64,000 nt of DNA. Source: Candidatus Multivoradales bacterium (GTDB lineage Bacteria > Acidobacteriota > Thermoanaerobaculia > Multivoradales > J023). The stretch lies in assembly GCA_965248925.1 (NCBI GenBank), contig CBDFLE010000006.1:4704001-4768000 (forward strand). Reading direction: 5' to 3'. The notes under the pieces are model-generated. The model was not told the origin of the DNA. It did no database searches and worked only from the letters and a program-made list of their open reading frames with translations. Made by a program: the position numbers and the translations under genes. Below, in pieces: positions 29,104 to 39,316 of this stretch (its first letter is position 1; each line of letters opens with the position of its first letter).

Positions 29104-30960
29104 ATGAGCGCTAAGTTGTCTGCACCCACAGTAATGGTGATAGCTGCCTTGATCTTTGTCGCCGGCCCACCTCCCATCAGGGGGCAGGCAAAGGTCAGCG
29201 CGGGCTATGATCTCTTTGCGACTGACCCGGATACGACCGATCTTCTGGGCGTCCCTTTCGCAGGGGATGCTGGCGCCAAGCCGACCTTCGACTTCGTCGC
29301 TCCACCGGCCTCCGCCAACAGGCGCCGCGCGGTCGGCGATACCGACACCATCGTGCATCGGATGGAGACCGCCTCTGTCGACACCATTCCTGGAACCGCC
29401 GAGCCGATAGCCATAGAGCTCGTCATGCTGCGTCTGGTCAGTAAGGTCGAGTTCGATCTCGATGCCGACGGGGTGAGCGATGGCAAGGTTTTCGTGACAT
29501 TGCAGAAGGATCGCGATCCGGCGGGCGAGGTGAGAAGGAACTTCGATCATCTTCCCGGCGATGCCGATACGCCACCGGCGCCCCCCGGCTTCACTGTGGA
29601 GCAAGTGAGACCCGGGCTGCGCAGCTTCGGCGAGATGACGATCACCTTCGGGTCTGCCGCCGGTGGCACCTTCGACTCGCGGCTGCTCATCTTCGCCGAC
29701 TTGCGGCTCGGCTCTGCCGCCGGCCCTATCGTCTGTGGCGAGACGGCAGGCCTCCCCCCTTGTGCCGATCTCGACGCCGGGCTTGGGTTGGCGTCGCAGA
29801 GCTCCTTCTGGAGCCGCGATCCGCTGCCAGGATCGATCACTATTCGGGGGGTCAACTTCTCGCTGGCGGCACCGGACAGAAACGACCCGGTGGACACCAG
29901 CATAGACTTCCGCGCTGGCGTCGACCCGATGGCCTCGAAGACCGTATGTGTCGAGCACGGTGGGCATCCGGATCCAGGAGGCGCCCCAACCAACCACGGC
30001 ACTTGCTTTACTCCATGCACTACCGGAACGATCGCTGCGGATAGTTGCCGAAATTCAACAGACGACGACTGCAACGGCACCATTGACGACTGCGACGAGG
30101 ACCAGTTCGGTCCTTTCGTCGTGGCGCCGGCCTCCCAGACTTTCGAGTGCCCTCAGCAGGAGGCTGACCTCGGCCCACCTGTAGCTGGATTCGCCACCGG
30201 GACGGACAATTGCTTCCCTGCAACTCTGCGCCAAGAAAATATCTTCTTCACGGATTTCCGAGCCGCGGGCTGTGGCGATACCTTTGTCCTGGATCGAGTG
30301 TGGTCAGCCCGAGACGACTGCGGCAATGAAGCGGCGATGCCGGATCTGCAGCAGATCTTCGTTGTCGATGAGACCCACCCGGTGATCACCTTCTGCCCCC
30401 TCGACACGACGATCTTATGGACCGCCGATTCGAGCCCCGCCACGCTGGGCTCCGCGACGGCCACCGACACCTGCGGCGATGTGGGTATTGACTTCGCCGA
30501 CGTTGCTGTCGCCGGTGTCTGCCGCTCGCAGGAGATCACCCGAACCTGGACGGCCACGGACGACTGCGGCAACGACACACCTTGCCTGCAGCTGATCTCC
30601 GTGCGTGGACCGCGGGACTCGATCCTCGATCTGACCAACTTGCTGTCAGGTCTGGATCTCCCCAACGGCTGCAGAAACGGTCTCACCGCAACCCTCGCGG
30701 CTGCTGAGAGAAGCGTCTGCAGGAGCAACCCCGGCAGTGCAAATGCCGCGGCCGGCCAGCTGGGAGCGTTTCTGAATCAGCTGGATGCAAGGGCTTGTGC
30801 GAGAGCGTTAGAGCCGGCAGATGCCGAGGCGCTCAGGGCTGCAGCGGAAGCGATCATCGCTGCCATCGAGATCCAGGACCTGGACGGTGCACCCTTGTGC
30901 CCAGATGTCTGTGGAGGTAGCGGTGGCAATGGCGGCGGCAATGGCGGTGGCTGGCGCTGA
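29104..30960 (+). CDS. Secreted Cys-rich multidomain protein (beta N-domain, DDDCNG metal-binding repeat, two HYR-like repeats, helical FIMAH-like C-domain)
   Basis: AAGGAGG SD; signal peptide; CRNSTDDDCNGTIDD; RxWxAxDDCGN twice; AAGQLGAFLNQL. Confidence 0.75.
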   Translation: MSAKLSAPTVMVIAALIFVAGPPPIRGQAKVSAGYDLFATDPDTTDLLGVPFAGDAGAKPTFDFVAPPASANRRRAVGDTDTIVHRMETASVDTIPGTAEPIAIELVMLRLVSKVEFDLDADGVSDGKVFVTLQKDRDPAGEVRRNFDHLPGDADTPPAPPGFTVEQVRPGLRSFGEMTITFGSAAGGTFDSRLLIFADLRLGSAAGPIVCGETAGLPPCADLDAGLGLASQSSFWSRDPLPGSITIRGVNFSLAAPDRNDPVDTSIDFRAGVDPMASKTVCVEHGGHPDPGGAPTNHGTCFTPCTTGTIAADSCRNSTDDDCNGTIDDCDEDQFGPFVVAPASQTFECPQQEADLGPPVAGFATGTDNCFPATLRQENIFFTDFRAAGCGDTFVLDRVWSARDDCGNEAAMPDLQQIFVVDETHPVITFCPLDTTILWTADSSPATLGSATATDTCGDVGIDFADVAVAGVCRSQEITRTWTATDDCGNDTPCLQLISVRGPRDSILDLTNLLSGLDLPNGCRNGLTATLAAAERSVCRSNPGSANAAAGQLGAFLNQLDARACARALEPADAEALRAAAEAIIAAIEIQDLDGAPLCPDVCGGSGGNGGGNGGGWR

Positions 30961-31078
30961 CCCTGAACCCGCGTCCTGCCCCGCCTGGTTGCCGAAGGGC
31001 TCCTTAGAGCGGGTTTTCCCTGCTCTGCGCCAACCGTGGCCGGAGCAGTGACCGTCCTGGTGAGATGTCGAGTGAATC

Positions 31079-33328
31079 GTGCTGTTCTTTTGCAGAATCT
31101 CCACCAGGTATCCCGCTGCCTGCTTGGCGATCCTCGCGGTCACTACGCTGGGTTTCGCCGCGGCGCTGCCGCTGCTCGAGCTGCGGACCGATGGAGCGGC
31201 CCTCTACCCGCGGGGTGATCGGGCGGTCGAGCAGACCGCCCAGGATCGGTTGATTTTCGAGGATCCCGAAGAGCTGATCCTGCTGCTCAGCTCGCGGCCG
31301 GGTGGGCCGGCGATGACCTCGGCGGCCGGTCTTCGCGGTCTCACGCGGGTCCACGCGTCGGTCGCCGCGTTGCCGGGCATCGAGGCGGACAGTGTGCGCT
31401 CGGCGGCGAGCCTGATCGATGTCGCCACCAGCGGCGTCGGCGTGCTAGGCACTTTTCTGAGCGAGGTTCCCGACGACTCGACCGAGCTCGCGGTCTTGCT
31501 GCGCCGCCTGCGGGTGCGACCCTCAACAGAAGGGCTTTTCCTGGCCGCGGATGGCCGAGCGGCAGCGATCTACATACCCCTGGTTCCTGGGAAGGAGCGC
31601 CGAGAGGCTGTCGCGGAGCTTGAGAATTGGGCTGCCGGATACGGCGACGCGAGCTTTGATCTGTGCTTCACTGGTCCGGTTATCGCAGAGGCGCTGCTGG
31701 GCGAGCGGATCCTCAGCGACCTTGCCCGGCTAGTGCCGATGATGATTCTTGTCGTGTCGGTACTCTTGCTGGTCTGCGTGCGAACCGCTGGTGGATTCGT
31801 AGTGACGGTGAGCAAGATGTTGGTGGTGCTGGTCTGGACCGGTGGGTTGATGGCCTTGGGGTCGGTTCCGATCACACTCATGACGACGATTCTTCCGGTT
31901 CTCCTGCTGGCTTTGTCGGTCACCGACGAGGTACATGTTCTCGCCCGCTTGCAGGCCAAGCTGCCAAGCGGGCCGGTGACACCGGGGGAGGTCCGCAGCG
32001 CGGTCACCGCCACCATCCGTGAGCTATACCGGCCAGTCGTCTACACCTCGATCTCTACCGCGATCGGATTTCTGTCCTTTCTCAGCGCGTCGGTCGTTCC
32101 CATGCGGCATTTTGGTTGCCTTGCTGCCTACGGCATCCTTGTCGCCATGTTCATGACCTTCACCTTGACACCGGCTCTCGCGGTGCTGCTGCCACCGTCT
32201 TTCTTCGTCCGTTGGGGGTCTGTCAGCCGCATCAGGTGGTCGCCGGCGGTCTTCGCCGGGCGTCACCGCACCCTTGTGCTGGTGACCGGTCTGCTGCTGC
32301 TGGTCATCGGAATACCTGGCTTGCTACGCATCTCGGTGCAGGATTCATGGATCGATAACTTCGACCCCGCATCGCTTCTGGTCCGGACCGAGCGGGCGTT
32401 CAGCGAGGCATTCTGGGGCACCTACCGCTTCGATGTGGTGTTTGCTGGGCCGCCCGGCCTCTTCCACCGTCCGCGGGGGGCGCAGCTGGTCTCCTCCGCG
32501 GCCCGGGCCGCTGCCGAGGCCTCACACGTCGGTGGAGTTGTAACCTATCTCGAGCCCCTCGACACGGTGGCCGACGTGCTCGGGCTGGCGGTCGGCGCTG
32601 CCGGCTTGCCGGACGATGCTCTGCTAGCAGTGGTCGAGGTTGCAACCACGTACGGGCGCCAGATTGGGCTCGAGCGTCTGGTGACGCCGGACGGGCATTC
32701 GGCACGGATCCTGGTGGTCGTCAACAGCCCTGACTATCTGCGGTCCCTGGCCTTCGCCAGGCATGTCGAGGAGAAGCTGGCGCCGCTGGCTACGGGCTCG
32801 GGAGCTGTTCTCCACACCAGCGGCGACATTCCGCTGGCGCTGGCCACCGTGCGGGCGGTCGTTAGCAATCAGCTGCGATCGGTCGCCTGGACTTTTCTGG
32901 GGATAGGGCTGTTGCTCCTGCTGGTGAATCGCCGGCTTTGGCTGACCGTGACCCAGCTTGTGCCGCCGGCAGCGGCTGCTTGGTTGGTGCTATCCGGCAT
33001 GGGTTACGCTGGTCTGTCCCTGGGCGTCGCCACGAGTCTGTTTACGGCTCTGACGATCGGAGTTGGGGTCGACTTCGCGTTGCACCTATCCTACGCCTTC
33101 GAGTATCAACGATCACTAGGCCTCGAAGCGGCGGACGCCGTTTGCGCCGCCCTCGATAGCACCGCGGCGGGCCGGCGGTGGAGCACGGTTGTACTTTCGG
33201 TCGGCTTCCTGGTGTTGGCGGCCTCGGCCTTTGGGCCCAATCACCACCTCGGCCTCCTGCTGGCTGCCGCGATGGTGGCTGCCCATTTGACCACCTGGCT
33301 GTTACTGCCGCGGATGCTAGCCCGATGA
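31079..33328 (+). CDS. MMPL/RND-family transporter
   Basis: Two-fold repeat architecture; SVTDEVH and GVGVDFALH motifs; about 12 TM helices. Confidence 0.85.
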   Translation: MLFFCRISTRYPAACLAILAVTTLGFAAALPLLELRTDGAALYPRGDRAVEQTAQDRLIFEDPEELILLLSSRPGGPAMTSAAGLRGLTRVHASVAALPGIEADSVRSAASLIDVATSGVGVLGTFLSEVPDDSTELAVLLRRLRVRPSTEGLFLAADGRAAAIYIPLVPGKERREAVAELENWAAGYGDASFDLCFTGPVIAEALLGERILSDLARLVPMMILVVSVLLLVCVRTAGGFVVTVSKMLVVLVWTGGLMALGSVPITLMTTILPVLLLALSVTDEVHVLARLQAKLPSGPVTPGEVRSAVTATIRELYRPVVYTSISTAIGFLSFLSASVVPMRHFGCLAAYGILVAMFMTFTLTPALAVLLPPSFFVRWGSVSRIRWSPAVFAGRHRTLVLVTGLLLLVIGIPGLLRISVQDSWIDNFDPASLLVRTERAFSEAFWGTYRFDVVFAGPPGLFHRPRGAQLVSSAARAAAEASHVGGVVTYLEPLDTVADVLGLAVGAAGLPDDALLAVVEVATTYGRQIGLERLVTPDGHSARILVVVNSPDYLRSLAFARHVEEKLAPLATGSGAVLHTSGDIPLALATVRAVVSNQLRSVAWTFLGIGLLLLLVNRRLWLTVTQLVPPAAAAWLVLSGMGYAGLSLGVATSLFTALTIGVGVDFALHLSYAFEYQRSLGLEAADAVCAALDSTAAGRRWSTVVLSVGFLVLAASAFGPNHHLGLLLAAAMVAAHLTTWLLLPRMLAR

Positions 33329-34188
33329 GCGCGAAGTCCGCCAGCTTTCCTCGCTGGCTGGCGGCGGGCCTGATCTGGGTGCTGGCCTCGGCGGCCTCTT
33401 GCTATGCCTCTGGTGCCAGTGCGGCGACCGTCCTACGAAGAGCCGATCTGGTGCGTAATCCTTTTCTCGGCACGGTGCTCGACTTCGAGCTGTCGGTCGT
33501 TTCCACGGCCTCTGGCCGCCATCTCCGCCGGTCCCGTTACACAATGCTCACCCGCCGTGGCGACCGGACGCTTGTCGTGCTGTTGCAGGAAGACAGAGCC
33601 GCCCCCGGTACTCTGCTGATCGCGGATGACACCTACTGGTTGTTGCTGCCCCAGGCTGAGCGTCCGGTCAAGCTCGACCTGCGGCAGGTGGTTGCGGGAG
33701 AGCTCTCGCACGCCGGCTTTCTGCGACTCAACCTGCGGCTTCGCTATCAGCCAGCCATCGACGCTGAGGAGGTCGTCAGCGGCATTCCATGCTGGCGACT
33801 CAGGCTGACGCCGAAGAGCAAAACTGCACCCTTCGGCCGGGTGCGATATTGGGTCGCTCGCAACAGCTTTCTACCCGTCCGGATTGAGTTCTACTCCATC
33901 TCGGGGGAGCTTCTCAAGACGGCGAGTTTCACCGGTTACCACGACCTCGGTGGCGGACCTCGGCCGGCGCTGATCGAGATCGAGGACACCCACCGACCGG
34001 ACGAGCGGGCGACGCTGACCTTGAGCTGGCCGAAGGGTGCGCCGACTTCAGGGCTAGCTTTTGATCTCGATGACTTGCTGGCGCTTCGCGACGCGGCTCG
34101 GCGTCTAACCGCCAACGACGATTCGCCGACGAGTGGGCGCCAGCTCGTTGAAGCGCTTGCGAGATCCGCTCGAGCCAGGGGAAGGTAG
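33325..34188 (+). CDS. Outer-membrane lipoprotein-sorting (LolA-like) protein
   Basis: CWRLRLTPK...GRVRYWV...PVRIEFYSISGELLKT; coupled to the MMPL gene. Confidence 0.75.
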   Translation: MSAKSASFPRWLAAGLIWVLASAASCYASGASAATVLRRADLVRNPFLGTVLDFELSVVSTASGRHLRRSRYTMLTRRGDRTLVVLLQEDRAAPGTLLIADDTYWLLLPQAERPVKLDLRQVVAGELSHAGFLRLNLRLRYQPAIDAEEVVSGIPCWRLRLTPKSKTAPFGRVRYWVARNSFLPVRIEFYSISGELLKTASFTGYHDLGGGPRPALIEIEDTHRPDERATLTLSWPKGAPTSGLAFDLDDLLALRDAARRLTANDDSPTSGRQLVEALARSARARGR

Positions 34189-34193
34189 GGGCG

Positions 34194-34676
34194 CTAGTGA
34201 GTCCAGTTCAGATGGCTGTCGTAGCAACCGCCACCCTTGGTTGGGGTCGGGGCATTCCCGGGCAGGGCGAGCTGGTCGGCGAATACCAGATCCTCGGTGA
34301 TCCGGCGCGAGGCGAGTTCGGCCGGTAGAACGCTACCCTCTGGCGGTTCGGCGAGGAGCAAGCGAGGTACCACAACGCTACTAGGGGTTACTTCAAGGTA
34401 CTCGGTCAGCAAGCTCTCGGGGTCGATGATAATCGGCGTGGTGTCGTCGCTTTGGCCCTCTTGTAGCAGGCCGAACTCGGCCGCTGACTCGTCGTAGGTG
34501 AACACCAAACGCAGACCATTGGTGTAACGCAAGTCGGCGAGGTCGAAGACCTTGGCGGTGAACTCTTCGCGGTCCTTGGCCGGCGATACCTCGTCGTTGG
34601 CCGAGGCTAGCGCCGGTGTCAGAGCAAGAATGCTGGCGACCAGCAATGTGGTGGTGGTTATGGAATATCGCTGCAT
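34194..34676 (-). CDS. Secreted hypothetical protein (possibly 3'-truncated)
   Basis: GGAGG SD, signal peptide, ends abruptly against the convergent gene. Confidence 0.6.
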   Translation of the reverse strand: MQRYSITTTTLLVASILALTPALASANDEVSPAKDREEFTAKVFDLADLRYTNGLRLVFTYDESAAEFGLLQEGQSDDTTPIIIDPESLLTEYLEVTPSSVVVPRLLLAEPPEGSVLPAELASRRITEDLVFADQLALPGNAPTPTKGGGCYDSHLNWTH

Positions 34677-34886
34677 GAGTTCCTCCGTTCAGATCCAGAG
34701 TTGTTTTTTCAGGTCACCGGCATGGGGCCCCGAGGAGCGTTGAAAGAGCCGGAATACCTGTCGAACAGGAGAGGAACGTCTGGTGGTGGCGAACTCCCTC
34801 ACCGCATTTGCGGATTCTCTTTGTACGGTGGATTGCTTGGCGGCAAACCTCAAGGAGGTGGCTGCGCGCTCGACAAGGTCGCCCGC

Positions 34887-36410
34887 CTACTTGAAGATCT
34901 TCATCCAGGTATTGAGGATCTTGGTCACCGTCGGCGTCAGCTTGGTTTTCTGCCACTCGCTGGCGACCCGTTTGTAGATTTCGGCCTGGGTGGGGTAGGG
35001 CAAGATGGTGCTGGCGAATTTGCCCAGGCCGATCTTGTGGGTCACCGCCAGGGCCAGGGGCGCCAACATGTCGCCAGCGTGGGCGGCGACCAGGGTGCCG
35101 CCGAGGATCTGATCGCTACCTTTCTTCAGGTGGAGGCGCAAGAATCCGTCGCTCTCGCCATCGAGCTTGGCGCGGTCGTTGTCGCTCAAGGGCACGGTGT
35201 AGGTGTCGATCGCGATGCCTGCTTTTTCGGCGTCGGCGGCGTACATGCCGACGTGGGCGATCTCCGGGCTGGTGTAGGTGGCCCAAGGAACCACCAGGGC
35301 ACTGGCCTTGAGGCTGCGGAAGAACAACGCGTTCTGCACCACGATCTTGGCCTGGGCGTCGGCGGTGTGGGTGAATTTGAACTGTGAGGCGATGTCGCCA
35401 CAGGCGAAGATCTTGCTGTTCGAGGTGCGTAGGTTGTCGTTCACCGTGACGCCGAATTTGTCGTATTTGACGCCCGCGGCTTCGAGGCCCAGGCCGTCGG
35501 TGTTGGGCCTGCGACCCACCGCCACCAGCAGCTGATCGACGGCGGTGCGGGCGGTCTGGCCGTCTTCCTCTGCCACCACGATGATCGATTCGCCGTCTTT
35601 CTCGATGCCCTTGATCGCCACCCCGAGATGGAGGTCGATGCCGTCGCGGATCATCGCTTGTTGCACGATCTCGGCGGCGTCGCCATCTTCTCGCGACAAA
35701 ACGTGCGGTGCCATGTCGAAGAGCTGTACGTCGCTGCCGAAGTTGGCGAAGGACTGCGCCATCTCGCAACCGATTGGGCCGCCGCCGATGACCCCGAAGC
35801 GGGGCGGCAACTCGGTGAGTGAGAACACTGACTCGTTGGTCAAGTACTCGACCTCGGCCAGGCCGGGGATTGGCGGCGCGGCGGCGCGGGCGCCGGTGGT
35901 GATCACCGCGCGGCGAAAGTGCAACCGCTGGCCATCGACTTCTAGGGCGTCGGAAGCGACGAATTTCCCCTGGCCGAGGAAGATATCGATCCCCTGGTCA
36001 GCGAAGCGCTGCGCTCCGTCGTGGGGGCCAATCTTGGCCCGCTCGCGGCGCATGCGCTCCATCGCCCGAGCAAAGTTACCGGCACCGCTGACCTCCGGCG
36101 CACCAAATACCGCGGCAGCGGTCTTGGCGGTGTGCCAGGCGCGGGCGGCGCTGATCACCCCTTTGGAGGGCACGCAGCCGACGTTGAGACAATCCCCGCC
36201 CAGCAAGTGGCGCTCTACCAGAGCGACTTTGGCCCCCGCTCCGGCCGCCACGATGGCGCTGATCAAGCCGGCGGTGCCACCACCGACCACCACCAAGTGA
36301 TACCGGTCCTGGGGCTGGGGGTTAACCCAATCGTGGGGGTGGACGAACGAGATTAGCTTTTGATTGTGCTCATCCCAGGGCTGCATGGTGGGTTTGCCGT
36401 GCTCACTCAT
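34887..36410 (-). CDS. FAD-dependent pyridine nucleotide-disulfide oxidoreductase (MerA-like, no C-terminal Cys pair)
   Basis: GGGTAG, GGDCLNVGCVPSK, GGGPIGCE, YPT. Confidence 0.9.
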   Translation of the reverse strand: MSEHGKPTMQPWDEHNQKLISFVHPHDWVNPQPQDRYHLVVVGGGTAGLISAIVAAGAGAKVALVERHLLGGDCLNVGCVPSKGVISAARAWHTAKTAAAVFGAPEVSGAGNFARAMERMRRERAKIGPHDGAQRFADQGIDIFLGQGKFVASDALEVDGQRLHFRRAVITTGARAAAPPIPGLAEVEYLTNESVFSLTELPPRFGVIGGGPIGCEMAQSFANFGSDVQLFDMAPHVLSREDGDAAEIVQQAMIRDGIDLHLGVAIKGIEKDGESIIVVAEEDGQTARTAVDQLLVAVGRRPNTDGLGLEAAGVKYDKFGVTVNDNLRTSNSKIFACGDIASQFKFTHTADAQAKIVVQNALFFRSLKASALVVPWATYTSPEIAHVGMYAADAEKAGIAIDTYTVPLSDNDRAKLDGESDGFLRLHLKKGSDQILGGTLVAAHAGDMLAPLALAVTHKIGLGKFASTILPYPTQAEIYKRVASEWQKTKLTPTVTKILNTWMKIFK

Positions 36411-37140
36411 CGGTGGCCTCCTTCAGTGCTTTGGCGGCGATCTTGGTGACCATCATCGTTACCACCACGGTCGCCAGCAAGCCGATACCGAGGAAGACCC
36501 ACTGCTCGGCCCCTTTTTCGGCCTCGGCGCCAGCGGCTAATGCCGCCAGGTCACCGGCTGCTTTACCGTAGTAGACCCAGAGAAAAGTGCCGGGAATCAT
36601 GCCGACCGAGGCGGTGATGTAGTCGATGAAGCGCACCTTGGTCAGGCCAAGGCCGTAATTCAACAAGTTGAAAGGGAAGATCGGCGATAGCCGCAGCAAA
36701 AAGACGATCTTGCGTCCCTGAACTCCGACCGCCTTGTCGATGGCGGCGAATCGCTGATTGCCCTCGAGCTTCTTCTCAATAGCCCCGCGAGCCAGGTAGC
36801 GGGACACCAAGAAGGCCAGTCCGGCGCCCAGCGTGGAGCCGACAAAGACGAAGGCGACCCCCTTCGACAGTCCAAACAGGGCGCCGCCGGCTAGGGTCAG
36901 GACAGAGCCTGGCAAGAAGGCCACCGTGGCGACGACGTAGCCAAGAATGAACACCACCGGTCCCCAAAACCCGAGCCCCTCAACCCATTGGGCGAAGTCG
37001 GTGATGTATCCCCCGGCTTGGCTGCCGAGTAAGAACAGGCCGGCGACGGCACCCAAGATCACCACGACCTTGAGCATACCGAAGGTCTTGGACGCAGGCT
37101 TATCGCTGGCCGCGCTCAAAATGGCGGATGACTCGCTCAT
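36403..37140 (-). CDS. TVP38/TMEM64 (DedA superfamily) membrane protein
   Basis: PGSVLTLAGGALFG, LLRLSPIFPFNLLNYGLG. Confidence 0.92.
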   Translation of the reverse strand: MSESSAILSAASDKPASKTFGMLKVVVILGAVAGLFLLGSQAGGYITDFAQWVEGLGFWGPVVFILGYVVATVAFLPGSVLTLAGGALFGLSKGVAFVFVGSTLGAGLAFLVSRYLARGAIEKKLEGNQRFAAIDKAVGVQGRKIVFLLRLSPIFPFNLLNYGLGLTKVRFIDYITASVGMIPGTFLWVYYGKAAGDLAALAAGAEAEKGAEQWVFLGIGLLATVVVTMMVTKIAAKALKEATDE

Positions 37141-37335
37141 TTGCAACTCCTTGTGCGTACTTGGTGGCGGCGCCGAGCATTCAGGCTCGTCATCGCTCTT
37201 TCGCCGGAGGTTACGGCACATCAGGGAAGGTGGTTCTGTCCTCGCGCGGTGGCCGATGGGTTCGGGGTGTTGCCGTCGGTCACAAGTTAGAACTGCAAAT
37301 TGATCCGGAATGTCGATGCATTTTGCAGATTCCTG

Positions 37336-37365
37336 TTGATTAACGTGTCGAGAGGAGCCTACAAT
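37336..37365 (+). promoter_or_regulatory. Putative sigma70 promoter of glnA
   Basis: TTGATT-18bp-TACAAT upstream of the start. Confidence 0.4.
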
Positions 37366-37419
37366 CCGCCGATCGATCGTTAATGCAGAGTCAATCTACT
37401 CCCTGAAAGAGAGGGTCTC

Positions 37420-38751
37420 ATGACCAGGAACGAGATACATCGGCAGGTGAAAGAAGAGAACGTGCGCTTCCTGCGCCTCTGTTTCACCGACATGTTAGGG
37501 GTGATCAAGAACGTCGAGGTGCCGCGGAGCCAGTTCAGCAAGGCCCTCGATGGCCAAATCATGTTCGACGGTTCGTCGATCGAAGGCTTCGTGCGCATCG
37601 AAGAGTCGGACATGCTGCTGATTCCCGATCTCGATTCCTTCCAGGTCAACCCGTGGACCAATCCGGACGGGTCCAAAGTGGCGCGGATGATCTGCGATGT
37701 CTACCTGCCCGACGGCAAGCCCTTTCCAGGTTGTCCACGCTGTACCCTCAAGCGGCAAATCGAGCGGGCGACGGCGATGGGCTACACCATGTTGGCGGGT
37801 CCCGAGGCAGAGTTTTTCCTCTTCGCCAAGGACCCGGACGGCAAGACGGTGGTCGACCAGACCCACGACTTCGGTGGCTATTTCGACTTGACGCCGGTGG
37901 ATCGCGGTGAGGAGTGTCGGCGCGACATCGTGATGGTGCTCGAGGCGATGGGTTTCGAGGTCGAGGCCGCCCATCATGAAGTGGCGCCGGGTCAGCATGA
38001 GATCGATTTCAAATATTCCGAGGCGCTGAGTTGCGCCGACAATGTAGTCACCTTCCGCTTCGTGGTCAAGAAGGTGGCGACGGACCATGGTCTGCACGCC
38101 ACCTTCATGCCCAAGCCTCTCTACGGGGTCAATGGATCGGGCATGCACTGCCATCAGAGTCTGGTCGACAAAGATGGCAACAACACCTTCTTCAACGAGC
38201 AGGCTGAGTGGCAATTGTCGAAGACCGCCCTGGCCTACATCGGTGGTCTGCTAAAGCATGCGCCTGCTTTCGTCTCGGTGACCAATCCGCTAGTCAACTC
38301 TTACAAGCGTTTGCTGCCGGGTTTCGAGGCGCCGACCAACATCGCCTGGTCGGAGAAGAACCGCAGTCCGCTGGTGCGCGTGCCGGCCCGGCGCGGCCCT
38401 GGCACGCGCTGCGAGTTGCGGGTGCCAGATCCGGCTTGCAACCCCTATCTGGCTTTAGCGGTCACCCTGGCCGCTGGTCTCGACGGGGTCGAGACTGGAA
38501 TCGACCCGGGGCCGCCAGTGAACAAGAACATCTTCGCCATGAGCGAGCGGGAGAAGAAACGCTTCAAGATTCGCCAGCTGCCCTCTAATCTGGCGCTGGC
38601 CCTCGATCATCTGGAGAAGAGCAAGGTGATCCGGGACGCCCTCGGCGAGCATATTGCCGAGCACTACATCGCCGCCAAACGACAGGAATACACCGACTTC
38701 CTGGCCCACGTTCATCCCTGGGAGCAAGAACGCTACCTGCACGCCTATTGA
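37420..38751 (+). CDS. glnA: Glutamine synthetase type I (GSI-alpha size)
   Basis: FDGSSIEG, HHEVAPGQHEIDF, ATFMPKP..NGSGMH, NSYKRL, ELRVPDPACNPY. Confidence 0.97.
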   Translation: MTRNEIHRQVKEENVRFLRLCFTDMLGVIKNVEVPRSQFSKALDGQIMFDGSSIEGFVRIEESDMLLIPDLDSFQVNPWTNPDGSKVARMICDVYLPDGKPFPGCPRCTLKRQIERATAMGYTMLAGPEAEFFLFAKDPDGKTVVDQTHDFGGYFDLTPVDRGEECRRDIVMVLEAMGFEVEAAHHEVAPGQHEIDFKYSEALSCADNVVTFRFVVKKVATDHGLHATFMPKPLYGVNGSGMHCHQSLVDKDGNNTFFNEQAEWQLSKTALAYIGGLLKHAPAFVSVTNPLVNSYKRLLPGFEAPTNIAWSEKNRSPLVRVPARRGPGTRCELRVPDPACNPYLALAVTLAAGLDGVETGIDPGPPVNKNIFAMSEREKKRFKIRQLPSNLALALDHLEKSKVIRDALGEHIAEHYIAAKRQEYTDFLAHVHPWEQERYLHAY

Positions 38752-38864
38752 TCGTTGGCGGGGTGGCGAAAACCTCCAGGAGCGGCGTACGGCGTGCGCC
38801 CTGTTTGCGGGAGGGGGGGGGCGGGATAGGATGCCGCCGGTGCGGGCGAACCACCGGGGGATGC

Positions 38865-39290
38865 ATGAACTCTGAGTCGACCGGGCAGAACAACCGAGAG
38901 GGAGCCGACCGCGGCTGGGTCTCCCAGGCGGTGCGACGGATGCAGCAGGGTGATGCCGTGGCCAGCCACTTCGAGCTGCTGTTTCGCCACTATGAGCCCA
39001 AGATCCGGGGCCACCTGCGGCGCGATGGCTGGCGCGACGCGGATCTCGACGATGTGGTCCAAGAGGTGATGGTGCGGGTCTATAGAGGAGTGAAGACGTT
39101 TCGTCTCGAGGCGTCCTTCGACACCTGGATCTTGCGGATCATGAGCAATGCCTCCAAGAACGCCATCCGCGGCCGCCACACCGGCAAGGCCCGCGCCACC
39201 CGCGCCTCCTGAGACGCCTTGCTCGACCGGAGAGGCGAAACTGGACCGCGCATGGCTGAACCGCCGAGCGCGGCCGAGGGACTGCTCTCG
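38865..39290 (+). pseudogene. ECF sigma factor remnant (region 2 only)
   Basis: DDVVQEVMVRVY...SFDTWILRIMSN; in-frame TGA 39210-39212 then read-through-like DALLD; no region 4. Confidence 0.75.
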
Positions 39291-39316
39291 GCGTCCAGCG
39301 ACTGCTGCTCGGCCGG

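Noticed and set aside
34887-36410. merA mercury resistance
   Set aside because: No C-terminal Cys-Cys, no NmerA domain, no merR/T/P.
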